Of a DNA stretch of 32,000 bases, positions 12,273 through 22,410 are shown one piece after another. Source of the stretch: Synechocystis sp. PCC 6803 substr. PCC-P (GTDB lineage: Bacteria > Cyanobacteriota > Cyanobacteriia > Cyanobacteriales > Microcystaceae); NCBI RefSeq assembly GCF_000284455.1, contig NC_017039.1, positions 1,440,001-1,472,000 on the forward strand, in the 5' to 3' direction. Position 1 is the first letter of the stretch; each line of letters starts with the position of its first letter. Made by a program: the position numbers and the translations under genes. A model generated the notes under the pieces. That model was given only the letters and a program-made list of their open reading frames with translations. It was not told the DNA's origin and ran no database searches.

Positions 12273-13682
12273 ATGAAGCAAACTCGTTTTGTCCAAGTTC
12301 TCATAGTGTCAATATTCCTAGTTTTCGGAATGGCGATCGGACTGCAGCAGTTATCTGCACAGCCAAAGATGACGCTTTCAAGAATCCCTCTAGAAGACAA
12401 GTTGTATGAGCCTGCAGGAATGGCATTTAGACCTAATCAATCCAATCAACTGTGGGTAGTCAATCATGGCAATGACTCAATCGCAACTTTAACAAATCTT
12501 GGAGAGTCTAACCTAGAAGTATCAGTTAAAAGTGATGCCTACGCTGAGCATTTTCTAGCCAAACCAACCGGCATTGCATTTGGTTATGATGACACGTTCG
12601 CAGTCTCAAATGACTCGATCAACGAGTTACGGGGAATGAATTTCATCAAAAATCCTGAGCGAAATAAAAATTTTGTTAATAACCATTTCATGGGTCCTAC
12701 TTTGTTCTCGGCAAGCACCTATGCTTTGGCTGGACAAACTAAGAAATATCTAGAAGATTGGCCGCAACCTGGGAACGGACATGATCCAGACCGTGATTTG
12801 ACTCTTTCACAAGGATGTCCTTTAACTTATTGGAATTCTAGCGTTCAGCAATGTTACTGGCCGCGTGAAGGGAGCCACTTGGATATGTTGCATGAAAGTC
12901 CGTTAGCCATGGGAATTGCCCATGACAAGGGTAATGCCTATTTCTTGCTAGATGGCTGTGGTAGTCGAGACAGCAATAAGCAGTGCTTGGGTAATGGGCA
13001 TTTAATGCGCTATGACTTTAACCGAGATCACCAGGAAGGTAATGGTTTTCATGGCGATGGCATTGTTTGGCGTTACCCAGAAATTGATTTCAAACGTGAC
13101 AAAGATATACCTAGCGGAATGTTGGTGCTAGATGATTGGCTCTACTTTTCCAATACTGGTATGGGCAAAGTTGAGAGAATAGCTACTACGGAGGGAAATG
13201 TACAAACCATTGTCAAAAGTTGGTCAGATCAATACGATAAAGAACAAGTTGGCACTGGAATAATTAGCTGGGAAGATGTTAAAAGTGTCTCAATGGATGG
13301 AGATGAACCAGAGGCTATTAGTAACTGGGTAAGAACTCATGGAGATCTTGCTAAGATAGCGGAACTTGGCCAAGCTTGGATTCCTCCTATGGAAGTTCTT
13401 GCAGAATATTCTTATGTTTACAATGTGCCTCAGGAAACTTTTATTTCAGAAAATTGGCTAGACAAACCTTCGGGACTTGCTAGCGATGGAAAATCTCTTT
13501 TCGTTGCCGACTACAGCTCTGGGTGGATTGCCGCTTTCGATTTGAAAACTGCAAAATTGGAATGGAGATATCAGTCAAAGCTTAATAGTATTTCAGGGCT
13601 GGCATTTAATCCTAATAAATCTCATGAACTGTATATTTCGGATCGTGATACTAATTCTCTTTACCAGTTGAAGTGGAACTAA
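12273..13682 (+). CDS. Predicted exported beta-propeller (NHL/SMP-30-like) protein
   Basis: Signal-like N-terminus MKQTRFVQVLIVSIFLVFGMAIG, then repeated propeller-like motifs (YEPAGMAFRPNQSNQLWVVNHGNDSIATL, LAKPTGIAFG, ISGLAFNPNKSHELYISDRDTNSLY). The track start 12222 is a TTG. ATG at 12258 or 12273 is more plausible. Confidence 0.7.
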   Translation: MKQTRFVQVLIVSIFLVFGMAIGLQQLSAQPKMTLSRIPLEDKLYEPAGMAFRPNQSNQLWVVNHGNDSIATLTNLGESNLEVSVKSDAYAEHFLAKPTGIAFGYDDTFAVSNDSINELRGMNFIKNPERNKNFVNNHFMGPTLFSASTYALAGQTKKYLEDWPQPGNGHDPDRDLTLSQGCPLTYWNSSVQQCYWPREGSHLDMLHESPLAMGIAHDKGNAYFLLDGCGSRDSNKQCLGNGHLMRYDFNRDHQEGNGFHGDGIVWRYPEIDFKRDKDIPSGMLVLDDWLYFSNTGMGKVERIATTEGNVQTIVKSWSDQYDKEQVGTGIISWEDVKSVSMDGDEPEAISNWVRTHGDLAKIAELGQAWIPPMEVLAEYSYVYNVPQETFISENWLDKPSGLASDGKSLFVADYSSGWIAAFDLKTAKLEWRYQSKLNSISGLAFNPNKSHELYISDRDTNSLYQLKWN

Positions 13683-13704
13683 AATCACAAGAGATAGAAA
13701 GCTC

Positions 13705-13920
13705 TTGGCGATACGGATGCCTGATCGTAAGCACTCCAAACTCAAACAGTTTGCGAAGTCTAGGGGAATCAGTGTGAATAAGTTGGTTGAGGAGCTTTCA
13801 ACCATTACTTTGACTGAATTTGATGCTTATAATCATTTTCGGTTAATGGCAGCCTGGGGTAACATCACAGAAGGTTTAAGGCTTTTGGGTAATTTTAGAT
13901 GGATTCGATTAGACCCTTAG
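13705..13920 (+). CDS. Ribbon-helix-helix antitoxin-like short protein (possibly degraded)
   Basis: AIRMPDRKHSKLKQFAKSRGISVNKLVEELSTITLTEFDAYNHFRLMAAWGNITEGLRLLG resembles RHH antitoxins of cyanobacteria. It needs a TTG start (13705) or an internal ATG at 13717. Confidence 0.5.
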   Translation: MAIRMPDRKHSKLKQFAKSRGISVNKLVEELSTITLTEFDAYNHFRLMAAWGNITEGLRLLGNFRWIRLDP

Positions 13921-13929
13921 AATTTGGGT

Positions 13930-14736
13930 ATGTTTGACAATCTGTGCAAATTTCTGGCCGAATCATTTTCCGAAGACTATGCTGCCTGGTTGCTGGGACG
14001 ACCAATCAAATTGACCAAGCTCAGTCCAACGGAATTATCCCTGGAGCCAATTCGGGCTGACTCCCTAATTTTGGAGCAATCGGAAGACTTGGTTTTACAT
14101 TTGGAATTCCAAACGGAACCTGACCCCACCATGGGTTTTCGGATGTTGGACTATCGGGTAAGGGTTTATCGCCGTTTCCCCCAGAAAACGATGCACCAAT
14201 TCGTTATCTACCTGAAACGTAGTAACAATGATTTAGTTTATCAGGATAGTTTTCAGGTGGGGGAGACTTTGCACCGTTACCAAGCGATTCGGCTTTGGGA
14301 GCAACCATCGGAAGCATTTCTCCAAAGTCCAGGGTTGTTGCCCCTAGCGGTATTGACGCAGACCTCTGACCCTACATTAAAATTGAGGGAAGTGGCGACT
14401 GTATTGGAACAGATTGAGGATAATCGAGTTAAAGCAAATCTCATGGCAGCAACTTCTGTTTTTGGAGGAATCCTGCTGGCCCCTGAGCTGATCAAAACGA
14501 TTTTAAGGAGTGAAATTATGAAGGAATCCGCTGTCTATCAAGAAATTTTACGGGAAGGGGAACAACGAGGTTTACTTAAGGGCAAACTGGAAGGGAAACT
14601 AGAGGGTCGGCTCGAGGGAAAACTGGAAACTATACCTCTGTTGAAAAAATTAGGTCTTACGATCGCCGAAATTGCCAAGGAGTTAGATATTGATGTTGAA
14701 CTAGTTAATCAGTTTGTCGCTAACCAAAATAATTAA
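13930..14736 (+). CDS. Rpn/PD-(D/E)XK nuclease-family (PDDEXK transposase-like) protein
   Basis: MFDNLCKFLAESFSEDYAAWLLG..., the core motif LVLHLEFQTE (ExQ), FRMLDYRVRVYRRF, and a C-terminal GKLEGKLEGRLEGKLE hinge before a helix-turn-helix-like tail. The track start 13924 is a TTG; ATG at 13930. Confidence 0.8.
   Translation: MFDNLCKFLAESFSEDYAAWLLGRPIKLTKLSPTELSLEPIRADSLILEQSEDLVLHLEFQTEPDPTMGFRMLDYRVRVYRRFPQKTMHQFVIYLKRSNNDLVYQDSFQVGETLHRYQAIRLWEQPSEAFLQSPGLLPLAVLTQTSDPTLKLREVATVLEQIEDNRVKANLMAATSVFGGILLAPELIKTILRSEIMKESAVYQEILREGEQRGLLKGKLEGKLEGRLEGKLETIPLLKKLGLTIAEIAKELDIDVELVNQFVANQNN
14581..14628 (+). repeat. Four degenerate 12-bp tandem units encoding G-K/R-L-E
   Basis: ggcaaactggaa / gggaaactagag / ggtcggctcgag / ggaaaactggaa. 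Confidence 0.9.
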
Positions 14737-14780
14737 GGATTTATAGTGATTATCCTTTGGCATATAGGCTGACCCGCCCA

Positions 14781-16151
14781 TCACTTGCCGATGCAAAAGC
14801 GGCTAAAAATACGGTCTAAGACTGATTCTGTTACCGTTTCCCCTGTCACTTGCCCAAGGGCATTGATAGCCAAACGTAAATCAATAGTCCAAAAATCTAG
14901 GGGTAACTGTTCCGCCATGGTTTGTTGCAATTGCTTGAGCGCCAGTTGAGCTTCCGTTAAAACAGCCTCTTGCCTTTGGTTAATGGCAAAGTCCAAATTT
15001 TGCGGTGATAAATTGGTTTGATTTACTTGCTCAATAATGGCATTTTCCAAAGCTTCAATGCCTAGATTAGCGGCGGCTGCAGTTAACACTGTGTTGGTGA
15101 TTTCTGGTGGATAACTGACCAAATCAGCCCGGCCTAAATCAATTTTGTTAATGACTAAAATCAAAGGGCGGTCTTTGACTTGCTCATAAATCAATTGATC
15201 CGCTTCTGTCCAACCCTGGTGGGCATCCACCGTCAGCAAAACTAAATCCGCCTGTTGGGCCGCTTTGCGAGAGCGTTCCACTCCGATTTGCTCCACCTGA
15301 TCCGCTGTTTCCCGTATTCCTGCCGTATCCAATACCTGGATGGGAATGCCCTCTACTACAAGTTGGGATTCCACCACGTCCCTCGTCGTGCCCGGTAGAT
15401 CTGTGACGATCGCCCGGTCGGTGCGGCTCCAGGCATTGAGCAGACTAGATTTTCCCACGTTGGGCTGTCCGACAATGGCCACTTTTAAACCCGTGCGCAA
15501 TAATTCCCCCCGCTGGGCTGTGTTTAAAATGTCCTCCAATTGTTGGTACAAATTCTGCAATTGCTGACGAATTGAATCTTCATCCAGGGGCGGTAAATCG
15601 TCTTCAAAATCAATGCGTGCTTCCACTTCCGCCAAAATATCTAAACAGGTGTTGCGCAAATCCCGAATCGGTTGGGCTAATTTGCCCTGTAATCCCGCCA
15701 AGGCGATCGCCGCTGCCTGGGGAGATTGGGCCCCCACCAATTCACTAATGCTTTCCGCTTGGGTTAAATCCAACCGACCATTGAGAAAGGCCCGGAAACT
15801 AAATTCCCCCGGCTGGGCTAGCCTGGCCCCCTGTTGCAAACACAGTTGTAAAACCTGTTGCACGGGCATAATGCCGCCATGGCACTGGAATTCCACCACG
15901 TCTTCTTTCGTGTAGGAACGGGGCGCTAGCATCAATAGGAGTAGGGCTTCATCGATCGCCGCTTTGGTTTGGGGATGGCGCACATGGCCGTACAAAATGC
16001 GATGACTTTCCCAAGTTTGGTTGCCCGGTGCATCGAATAAAGTTTTGGCAATGGTGAGGGATTGTGGCCCCGATAGTCGCACCACCCCGATGCTTCCCTG
16101 CTGGGGCACAATGGCCGTGGCGATCGCCGCAATAGTATCTTCTAATTGCAT
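14781..16151 (-). CDS. mnmE: tRNA uridine-5-carboxymethylaminomethyl(34) synthesis GTPase MnmE
   Basis: 456 aa, starting [28 protein letters not shown]. GTPase motifs [26 protein letters not shown] and NKID, with the C-terminal CIGK signature. Confidence 0.97.
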   Translation of the reverse strand: MQLEDTIAAIATAIVPQQGSIGVVRLSGPQSLTIAKTLFDAPGNQTWESHRILYGHVRHPQTKAAIDEALLLLMLAPRSYTKEDVVEFQCHGGIMPVQQVLQLCLQQGARLAQPGEFSFRAFLNGRLDLTQAESISELVGAQSPQAAAIALAGLQGKLAQPIRDLRNTCLDILAEVEARIDFEDDLPPLDEDSIRQQLQNLYQQLEDILNTAQRGELLRTGLKVAIVGQPNVGKSSLLNAWSRTDRAIVTDLPGTTRDVVESQLVVEGIPIQVLDTAGIRETADQVEQIGVERSRKAAQQADLVLLTVDAHQGWTEADQLIYEQVKDRPLILVINKIDLGRADLVSYPPEITNTVLTAAAANLGIEALENAIIEQVNQTNLSPQNLDFAINQRQEAVLTEAQLALKQLQQTMAEQLPLDFWTIDLRLAINALGQVTGETVTESVLDRIFSRFCIGK

Positions 16152-16240
16152 TGCCTAGTGTCAAACAAAATTTTGGATTCCATCGGCTTAATTTTAAGGT
16201 TTTCGTTACTACGGCAGGTACTACAAATCCCCAACAGTGG

Positions 16241-18958
16241 TTAAGGATCAAGGCGGTTAGCCAGAATGGCCACGGGCACCATGGGAATCATAGGTAGTAA
16301 ACAGATTGCCCACTGTTGCCAGTCCATGGGAGCAGTTTTGAACAATACATTCATAAATGGCAGTTGACTGAAACCAATTTGTAAGGCGATCGCCACCGCA
16401 ATGCCCAGTAACAGTATGGAGGCTTTGGTAATGGTTTGACGTTTACCCGTCACATAGCCCAGAAAACTACGCCCTAACTGGCTAATGCTGAGTAGATAAA
16501 TCACCCTAGCGGCCACCAGGGCTTGGATGGCCATAGTACGAGCTAGGGCTAAGTCGTCATAGGTGCGATTAACCCACTCGAACATGCCAAAAATTAGAAT
16601 CCAATTGAACAGGGATACCAGTAAAATGCGGTGCAGTAACTTTTTGGTAATTAGGGGTTCGTTGGGATTGCGGGGAGCCTGTTGCATAATGCCCGGTGAT
16701 TTGGCTTCAAAGGCTAGGGGCACAGTCATGGTGATGGAGTTGATCATGTTTAACCACAACACCTGCAGGGAAAGAATGGGCAAATTCAACGCCAGTAAAA
16801 CGCTGATCAAAATGGTCATGGACTCCCCGCCATTAACCGGCAGCAAAAAGGCGATCGCCTTACGGAGATTTTGGTAAACGGTGCGTCCTTCTTCCACCGC
16901 CGCTTCAATGGAGGCAAAATTATCGTCCGTGAGCAACATATCGGAGGATTCCCTAGCCACCTCTGTGCCCCCTTTACCCATGGCAATGCCAATGTCAGCC
17001 CGTTTTAAAGCTGGGGCATCGTTCACCCCATCCCCCGTCATGGCGACAATGTGACCCTTCTCCTGTAGAGCTTCCACCAGTTGTAATTTTTGTGCTGGAG
17101 CTACCCTGGCAAACACGCAACTATCTTCAGCGGCTTGGGCCAATTCTGCCGGACCCATGGTTGCCAACTGTCGTCCTTCAAAAGCAATGCCATCCCCTTC
17201 AGCGGCAATACCCATCCGTTTGGCGATCGCCTGAGCGGTGCTGATGTGGTCGCCGGTGATCATTTTCACTTCAATGCCAGCGTCATGGCAGGCGTGGACT
17301 GCGGCAATGGCCTCCGGTCGTGGCGGGTCGATCATGCCCTGTAAACCTAAAAATATTAGCCCTGTTTCAATATCCCCGTGGTCAATCGCATGGTGATGGG
17401 GCTCCACGGTTTTTTTAGCAAAGGCCAACACTCTTAGACCCTGTTGGGCCATATCCTCAACATTTTCCTCAATTTCCCCTCGGTCGATGCTAACCATTTG
17501 ACCATCATCGAGGAGCATGGATTCACACCGTTGTAGTAAGGACTCCACTGAACCTTTGACGTAAATTGTTCTGCCGTCCCCATCGTGGAGAGTTGCCATG
17601 TATTGATAATCCGATTCAAAGGGAATGGAATCTAAACGGGGTTTTTGACTTGCCAAACCGGCTTGACTGAAACCAGCCTTGGCCGCCGAAGCTAGCAGTG
17701 CTCCCTCCGTGGGATCCCCCACCACCGCCCAATCATCCCCCCGATGTTCCAGTTGGGAATCGTTACAGAGCATGCCCGTCAGCAAACATTCTTCCAACAC
17801 TGGGGGTAAACCATCCAACAAAACGTTATCCACTTCTTCTCCCATCACTTGCCAAAATTCTCCTTTGGGACTGTAACCACCGCCGCTAACTTCGTAATGT
17901 TTGCCCCCCGCATACACCGCTTGCACTGTCATCTGATTCTCCGTTAGGGTCCCAGTTTTATCGGAGCAAACCACCGTGGCACTACCCAACGCCTCCACAG
18001 CGGGCAGTTTACGGATAATGGCGTTACGTTTAGCCATGCGATTCACCCCGATCGCCAAGGTGACGGTCACCACAGCAGGCAAACCTTCGGGAATGGCACT
18101 AACGGCCAAGGCCACCGCCGCTTCAAACATTTCCAAAGGGGAACCACCCCGTCCCCAACCCACCGCAAAGGTGAAGGCCGCCAGGGTAACAATTACGTAG
18201 AGCAGTGTGTGGCTAAATTTGGCAAACTTACGGGTCAAAGGGGTCATGAGGCTGACCTGCTTTTCCATGGATTGGGAAATTTGCCCCATTTCCGTGGCAT
18301 TGGCAGTAGCTACTACCACCCCGGTTCCCTGACCAAAGGTGACAAAGCTCCCCGCATAGGCCATGTTTAACCTTTCGGCCAGGGGCGTTTCCTCCGGTAA
18401 AAGTTCCACCGCCTTTTCCACCGGCACTGCTTCCCCCGTCAAAGCCGACTCATCCACCTGGAGATTACGCACTTTTAACAGCCTTAGATCCGCTGGCACC
18501 TTATCCCCCGAAGCGAGGGAAACAATGTCACCGATGACTAAATCCTGGGAAGGAATCCGTAGATTTTGCCCATCTCTCAACACTGTGGCTTCTGTTGTTA
18601 CTGCCTTGGCCAAGGAGGCGATCGCCCCTTCTGCTTTCGCTTCTTGGATGTAACCAATGATGGCGTTGACTAGGGTAACTCCCCAAATAACCCAGGCGTT
18701 GGTCCAGGAGCCGAGAAAAGCCTTAACCGTACCAGCAATGAGCAGAATGTAGAGCAGAGGTTGGTGAAATTGCAGCAGAAAACGCAACCAAGCTGGTTTG
18801 CCCGGTTTAAATTTCAATTCGTTGCGGCCATATTGTTCGTAACGCTGGGCCACCGCCTCCGCTGTCAGACCTAAACCTGGATCGGTGTGCAAATCTGCAA
18901 GAATGTCTTCCCCTGGTCGATGGTGATGGAGGTAAGAACTTAAGGTGGGGAAATCCAT
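16241..18958 (-). CDS. P-type cation-transporting ATPase (Ca2+/H+-like, P2 type)
   Basis: Phosphorylation motif [13 protein letters not shown], the TGES-like LTGEAVP motif and the hinge [22 protein letters not shown]. The track start is 18997. ATG at 18958 ([10 protein letters not shown]) is preferred. Confidence 0.92.
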   Translation of the reverse strand: MDFPTLSSYLHHHRPGEDILADLHTDPGLGLTAEAVAQRYEQYGRNELKFKPGKPAWLRFLLQFHQPLLYILLIAGTVKAFLGSWTNAWVIWGVTLVNAIIGYIQEAKAEGAIASLAKAVTTEATVLRDGQNLRIPSQDLVIGDIVSLASGDKVPADLRLLKVRNLQVDESALTGEAVPVEKAVELLPEETPLAERLNMAYAGSFVTFGQGTGVVVATANATEMGQISQSMEKQVSLMTPLTRKFAKFSHTLLYVIVTLAAFTFAVGWGRGGSPLEMFEAAVALAVSAIPEGLPAVVTVTLAIGVNRMAKRNAIIRKLPAVEALGSATVVCSDKTGTLTENQMTVQAVYAGGKHYEVSGGGYSPKGEFWQVMGEEVDNVLLDGLPPVLEECLLTGMLCNDSQLEHRGDDWAVVGDPTEGALLASAAKAGFSQAGLASQKPRLDSIPFESDYQYMATLHDGDGRTIYVKGSVESLLQRCESMLLDDGQMVSIDRGEIEENVEDMAQQGLRVLAFAKKTVEPHHHAIDHGDIETGLIFLGLQGMIDPPRPEAIAAVHACHDAGIEVKMITGDHISTAQAIAKRMGIAAEGDGIAFEGRQLATMGPAELAQAAEDSCVFARVAPAQKLQLVEALQEKGHIVAMTGDGVNDAPALKRADIGIAMGKGGTEVARESSDMLLTDDNFASIEAAVEEGRTVYQNLRKAIAFLLPVNGGESMTILISVLLALNLPILSLQVLWLNMINSITMTVPLAFEAKSPGIMQQAPRNPNEPLITKKLLHRILLVSLFNWILIFGMFEWVNRTYDDLALARTMAIQALVAARVIYLLSISQLGRSFLGYVTGKRQTITKASILLLGIAVAIALQIGFSQLPFMNVLFKTAPMDWQQWAICLLPMIPMVPVAILANRLDP

Positions 18959-18965
18959 ACTGATT

Positions 18966-18988
18966 TGGGGGCAAAGGAAACGCCCCCA
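18966..18988 (-). promoter_or_regulatory. Perfect 7-bp GC-rich hairpin immediately upstream of the P-type ATPase start codon
   Basis: Minus-strand TGGGGGC-GTTTCCTTT-GCCCCCA-AATCAGT-ATG: 7-bp perfect stem, 9-nt loop, 7 nt before the ATG at 18958. Confidence 0.45.
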
Positions 18989-19156
18989 TGGTATCAACTG
19001 GGCCGAAAAGAACCAAAATTACTGCACGAAAAATCCCCCACTAGGCAGGGAGGACCTAAAAAAACTGTCATGATCAGGCAACGCACTAACATCAGGCGAT
19101 CGCCACTACAAACCGACATCAATCCCGGCAAATTTAAACTCTGCCATGGTGATTAA

Positions 19157-19663
19157 TCAATCCTCTCCTATTTCTTCTCCAATGCAGGTTCCACTACCAA
19201 ATAATAAATATTGATGAATTGAATTGGAAGCAATTACACTGCCACTGGCTTTTGCTAGAAATGTTCTACCTTCAACGTATTCGTCAATGGTTGTTTCTTC
19301 TCCATAAACATCAAAAGTTACAACTTTTTTAGCTCCTGAATAACAACTTAAGTTGTCCGTTAATTTTGGCTGTTTTTTGTTGAAAACTTCCCCTTGATCA
19401 ATCACACACATACCCCCACTAAAATTAACCCAGTGTTGTCCTTCACTGTCGGAAACTTTTATTTCATGGGCGAATTTATATTCATCAGCAAAGGGGCCTT
19501 CCACCACATTTTTACGAAAAATTTCTTCTCCCCCGGAAAAGCATACTAAAACCGGCAGGGTCTGATCTGGGGAGTTAGTATTGGCCACTGCCATCGCGGG
19601 CTGATTTCCCAGCAGGAAAATAGCAATGGGAAGAATAACAAAATAAATAAGTAATTTAATCAA
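19157..19663 (-). CDS. Predicted secreted protein, unknown function
   Basis: 168 aa with a signal-like N-terminus MIKLLIYFVILPIAIFLLGNQPAMA and several Cys residues. No family recognised. Confidence 0.6.
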   Translation of the reverse strand: MIKLLIYFVILPIAIFLLGNQPAMAVANTNSPDQTLPVLVCFSGGEEIFRKNVVEGPFADEYKFAHEIKVSDSEGQHWVNFSGGMCVIDQGEVFNKKQPKLTDNLSCYSGAKKVVTFDVYGEETTIDEYVEGRTFLAKASGSVIASNSIHQYLLFGSGTCIGEEIGED

Positions 19664-19842
19664 TTTATTTATCCTATAAACTAATAAAAGCTTGGCAACA
19701 ATTGGTTTCCCTGCATTATCCTTGACGCAGGGGCGATATGGCTCAGCGAAATGCCCACGGGGACCAGGGGAGTTAAGCGGAATAAACCGATGATAGCAAT
19801 AATATGAATCGGATTAAATTAGGGCAGAATTTCTAGAAATAA

Positions 19843-21129
19843 TTAGTGGGAAGACTGTAATCTTTTTAAAAAGTAGCCCACTAAATAAAGGGAACCACAG
19901 AGAACAGTCAATTGTTCAGAATTTTCGTTGGTTTTCTCTAAACTTTCCAAGGCTGTAAAACAATCATCAAACAGTGTAACCTCTTTTAAATCCGGCATAA
20001 TCTGCCAGGCTAACTGCTCCAACGTTGGTAAATCCCCGCTGTCATGGTCCGGCACTGGCACTAATAACAGGCGATCGCCGGGACGAAGTAAATGCTGAAA
20101 AATTTGGTCATGTTCCTTGGTGCTGAGCATACCCATCACCCAGGTAATGGTGGGCAGGTAATTATCCGATTGATCAACTAACCCATGGGTATAGTTTGCC
20201 AGAGCTTTGGCCGCCGCCGGATTGTGGGCCCCGTCTAAAAGGATTTTTTGTCCGTTGTAGTCCACCCACTGCAATCGTCCAGGCCAGACAGCTTTACCCA
20301 TGCCCCGTTGGATAACCTCCGGTGTTAATTTATCCCAACCCTGGTGTTTTAATTCCTGCAAAGCGGCGATCGCCAGGGCCGAGTTTTGTAGCTGAAAATC
20401 TCCCAATAGGACCAGGGGATATTCAAAACCTTGCCAACTAGCCCAGGGTTGACCATTTTTTTCCGTGGCAATGGCGGGGGTAACCCAATAATCGGGGCAA
20501 TGTAATTCGGCAATGCGTTCTTGAAAAACTGCCTGCGCTTCTGGGGGAATGTTGCCTAAAAATACTGGCCTCTGGGCTTTGAGAATGCCAGCTTTTTCCC
20601 TGGCAATGTGAGCTACGGTTGGCCCCAAAACCTGCCAATGTTCCCGACTTAAAGAGGTAATAATGCTAAGCAAACAAGGTTCTGGGACGTTGGTAGCATC
20701 CAGTCTGCCCCCCAGCCCCACTTCCATCACCGCGATGTCCACCTCTGCCTGGGCAAAATAAAGCCACACCGCCGCAGTAAACACCTCAAACAAAGTCGGG
20801 CGATCAGAACTATCCGCCGGGGCGATCGCCGTTACTTGTTGCAATGCCCCGATTAAACTAGCGTCATCAATGAAACGGTTATCAAGCCAAACCCTTTCCC
20901 GCCAATCAATTAAATGGGGAGAAGTGTAGCGGCCCACCTTATAGCCCGCTTCCGCCAACACACTGGACAGATAGGCACACACCGATCCCTTGCCATTGGT
21001 GCCCCCCACATGGACATAGGGCACTTTTGCCTGGGGATTGCCCAACTTGGCCAGTAGGCCATGGATGCGCTCCAGACCCAGATTAACGCCGGCGGTTTTA
21101 TAGGGTTCCAGTAGGGTGTTGATATCCAT
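19843..21129 (-). CDS. folC: Bifunctional folylpolyglutamate synthase/dihydrofolate synthase
   Basis: Motifs VPYVHVGGTNGKGSVCAYLSSVL, YTSPHL, VGLGGRLDATN and LLDGAHNPAAAKAL. The track start is 21147; ATG at 21129 (MDINTLLEPYK). Confidence 0.95.
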   Translation of the reverse strand: MDINTLLEPYKTAGVNLGLERIHGLLAKLGNPQAKVPYVHVGGTNGKGSVCAYLSSVLAEAGYKVGRYTSPHLIDWRERVWLDNRFIDDASLIGALQQVTAIAPADSSDRPTLFEVFTAAVWLYFAQAEVDIAVMEVGLGGRLDATNVPEPCLLSIITSLSREHWQVLGPTVAHIAREKAGILKAQRPVFLGNIPPEAQAVFQERIAELHCPDYWVTPAIATEKNGQPWASWQGFEYPLVLLGDFQLQNSALAIAALQELKHQGWDKLTPEVIQRGMGKAVWPGRLQWVDYNGQKILLDGAHNPAAAKALANYTHGLVDQSDNYLPTITWVMGMLSTKEHDQIFQHLLRPGDRLLLVPVPDHDSGDLPTLEQLAWQIMPDLKEVTLFDDCFTALESLEKTNENSEQLTVLCGSLYLVGYFLKRLQSSH

Positions 21130-21163
21130 GGCAATTATTGTTGGCAAAATTCAGTTGATGCAT

Positions 21164-22273
21164 TTAAACCGATGCGGTTACTTTGGTCTCGGTTAAATCG
21201 GGGACATTTTTCGGCAATGGACAGGCGATCGTCTCACCACCGTTGTAGCCCACTAGGGTTGTTTCCCCTTGGTAATGGCGGGGAGTTTCCAGTAACATTT
21301 TCCAGGCTTCTTTGGCAGTCAACAAATTCATCTGCCCAGGATAATGGGTTTGTAGCAAATCCTGCACTAAAGGATAATAATCGGAATTTACGTCGGGAAA
21401 TAAGTGGTGCTCTGTGTGGTAAGAAAAATTAAAATGTAAGCAATCAAATAACTTGGGCATCCGCAAAGAAACACTATTAACCAAAGGATCATTAATATCC
21501 GTCATCGGGCAAGCCAAATGGTTGGTGTAGATATAAAACATGCCCATAGCATGACCCAGGAAAATCGGCAAAAAGTAGCCTAAAATAATGGGAATCAATT
21601 GGAATTGCAGGTAAAACAAAATGCTTAAATGCACTGCCCCTATGGCTGCTAATTCCAACCAAATTCTTTGGCGGTCTTGGGCTTTAACCGTAAAAGCAGC
21701 CGGAACAAAATCGGCGTTACCACCAGTGAAGAAAAGTACGGAAATCAGGTTACGAAAATTATGTACACCCCAGGCAGTACCCATGCCAAAAATTAACCAA
21801 AGGGTATTAACTTCTCCCGAGGGAGCAAACAGGTGATGAATCCATTTTCCCCAAGTTTTCGGCTGTTCGTGCAGATAATTTCGGTCAGGGTCCCGCAAAC
21901 TATTGGTGTTATTATGATGAACTTGATTATGGAGCGATCGCCATTGACTAGGGGGCATCCACCAGAGGGAAAGACCTAATAAACTAATCAGGTAAGAAAT
22001 TTTAGAACGTTTTTTGAGCACACTACCGTGCATCAGGTCGTGGCTACCGAATAAAAATACGGTGACGCTATTACCCATTAATAGGGCCATGGGCAAAAAT
22101 AACCAAAGCCATTGCCCAGGCCACTGATGGAGATGACGAGCGATGGTTAGTCCCGCAACATAAATACCTAGGTTTAAACCTAAAATAACTAATTTCTTGG
22201 GATCGGCTTGGAATGCTTCCGGTGGCAAAAGAGGACGGAGTTTTTTAACGTATTCAGATTGAGCAGTGAGCAC
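21164..22273 (-). CDS. Fatty acid desaturase family protein
   Basis: Histidine boxes HDLMHGS, HNQVHHNNT and HTEHHLFP, with hydrophobic segments between them. Confidence 0.9.
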   Translation of the reverse strand: MLTAQSEYVKKLRPLLPPEAFQADPKKLVILGLNLGIYVAGLTIARHLHQWPGQWLWLFLPMALLMGNSVTVFLFGSHDLMHGSVLKKRSKISYLISLLGLSLWWMPPSQWRSLHNQVHHNNTNSLRDPDRNYLHEQPKTWGKWIHHLFAPSGEVNTLWLIFGMGTAWGVHNFRNLISVLFFTGGNADFVPAAFTVKAQDRQRIWLELAAIGAVHLSILFYLQFQLIPIILGYFLPIFLGHAMGMFYIYTNHLACPMTDINDPLVNSVSLRMPKLFDCLHFNFSYHTEHHLFPDVNSDYYPLVQDLLQTHYPGQMNLLTAKEAWKMLLETPRHYQGETTLVGYNGGETIACPLPKNVPDLTETKVTASV

Positions 22274-22410
22274 CAGGAATAATCCCTAAAAGTTAAACAA
22301 AGCAATTTCAGTGTAAATGATTTTACCTGTTTTGGGAAAATTCCGAGCTGATGCAAAGTGTTAAGAAAATCTTAACTGCTTCCTTTGGTATATGAAAATA
22401 GTCAAATCTA

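Noticed and set aside
16241-18997. Longer start (18997) for the P-type ATPase
   Set aside because: MIPWGRFLCPQIS does not look like a family N-terminus, and [13 protein letters not shown] is more plausible. I kept it as an open question because of the hairpin.
19843-19884. Inverted repeat ttagtggg...cccactaa at the folC 3' end as a terminator
   Set aside because: The arms are 26 nt apart, the repeat overlaps the folC stop and last codons, and there is no clear U-tract after the stem in the folC direction. Too weak to call.
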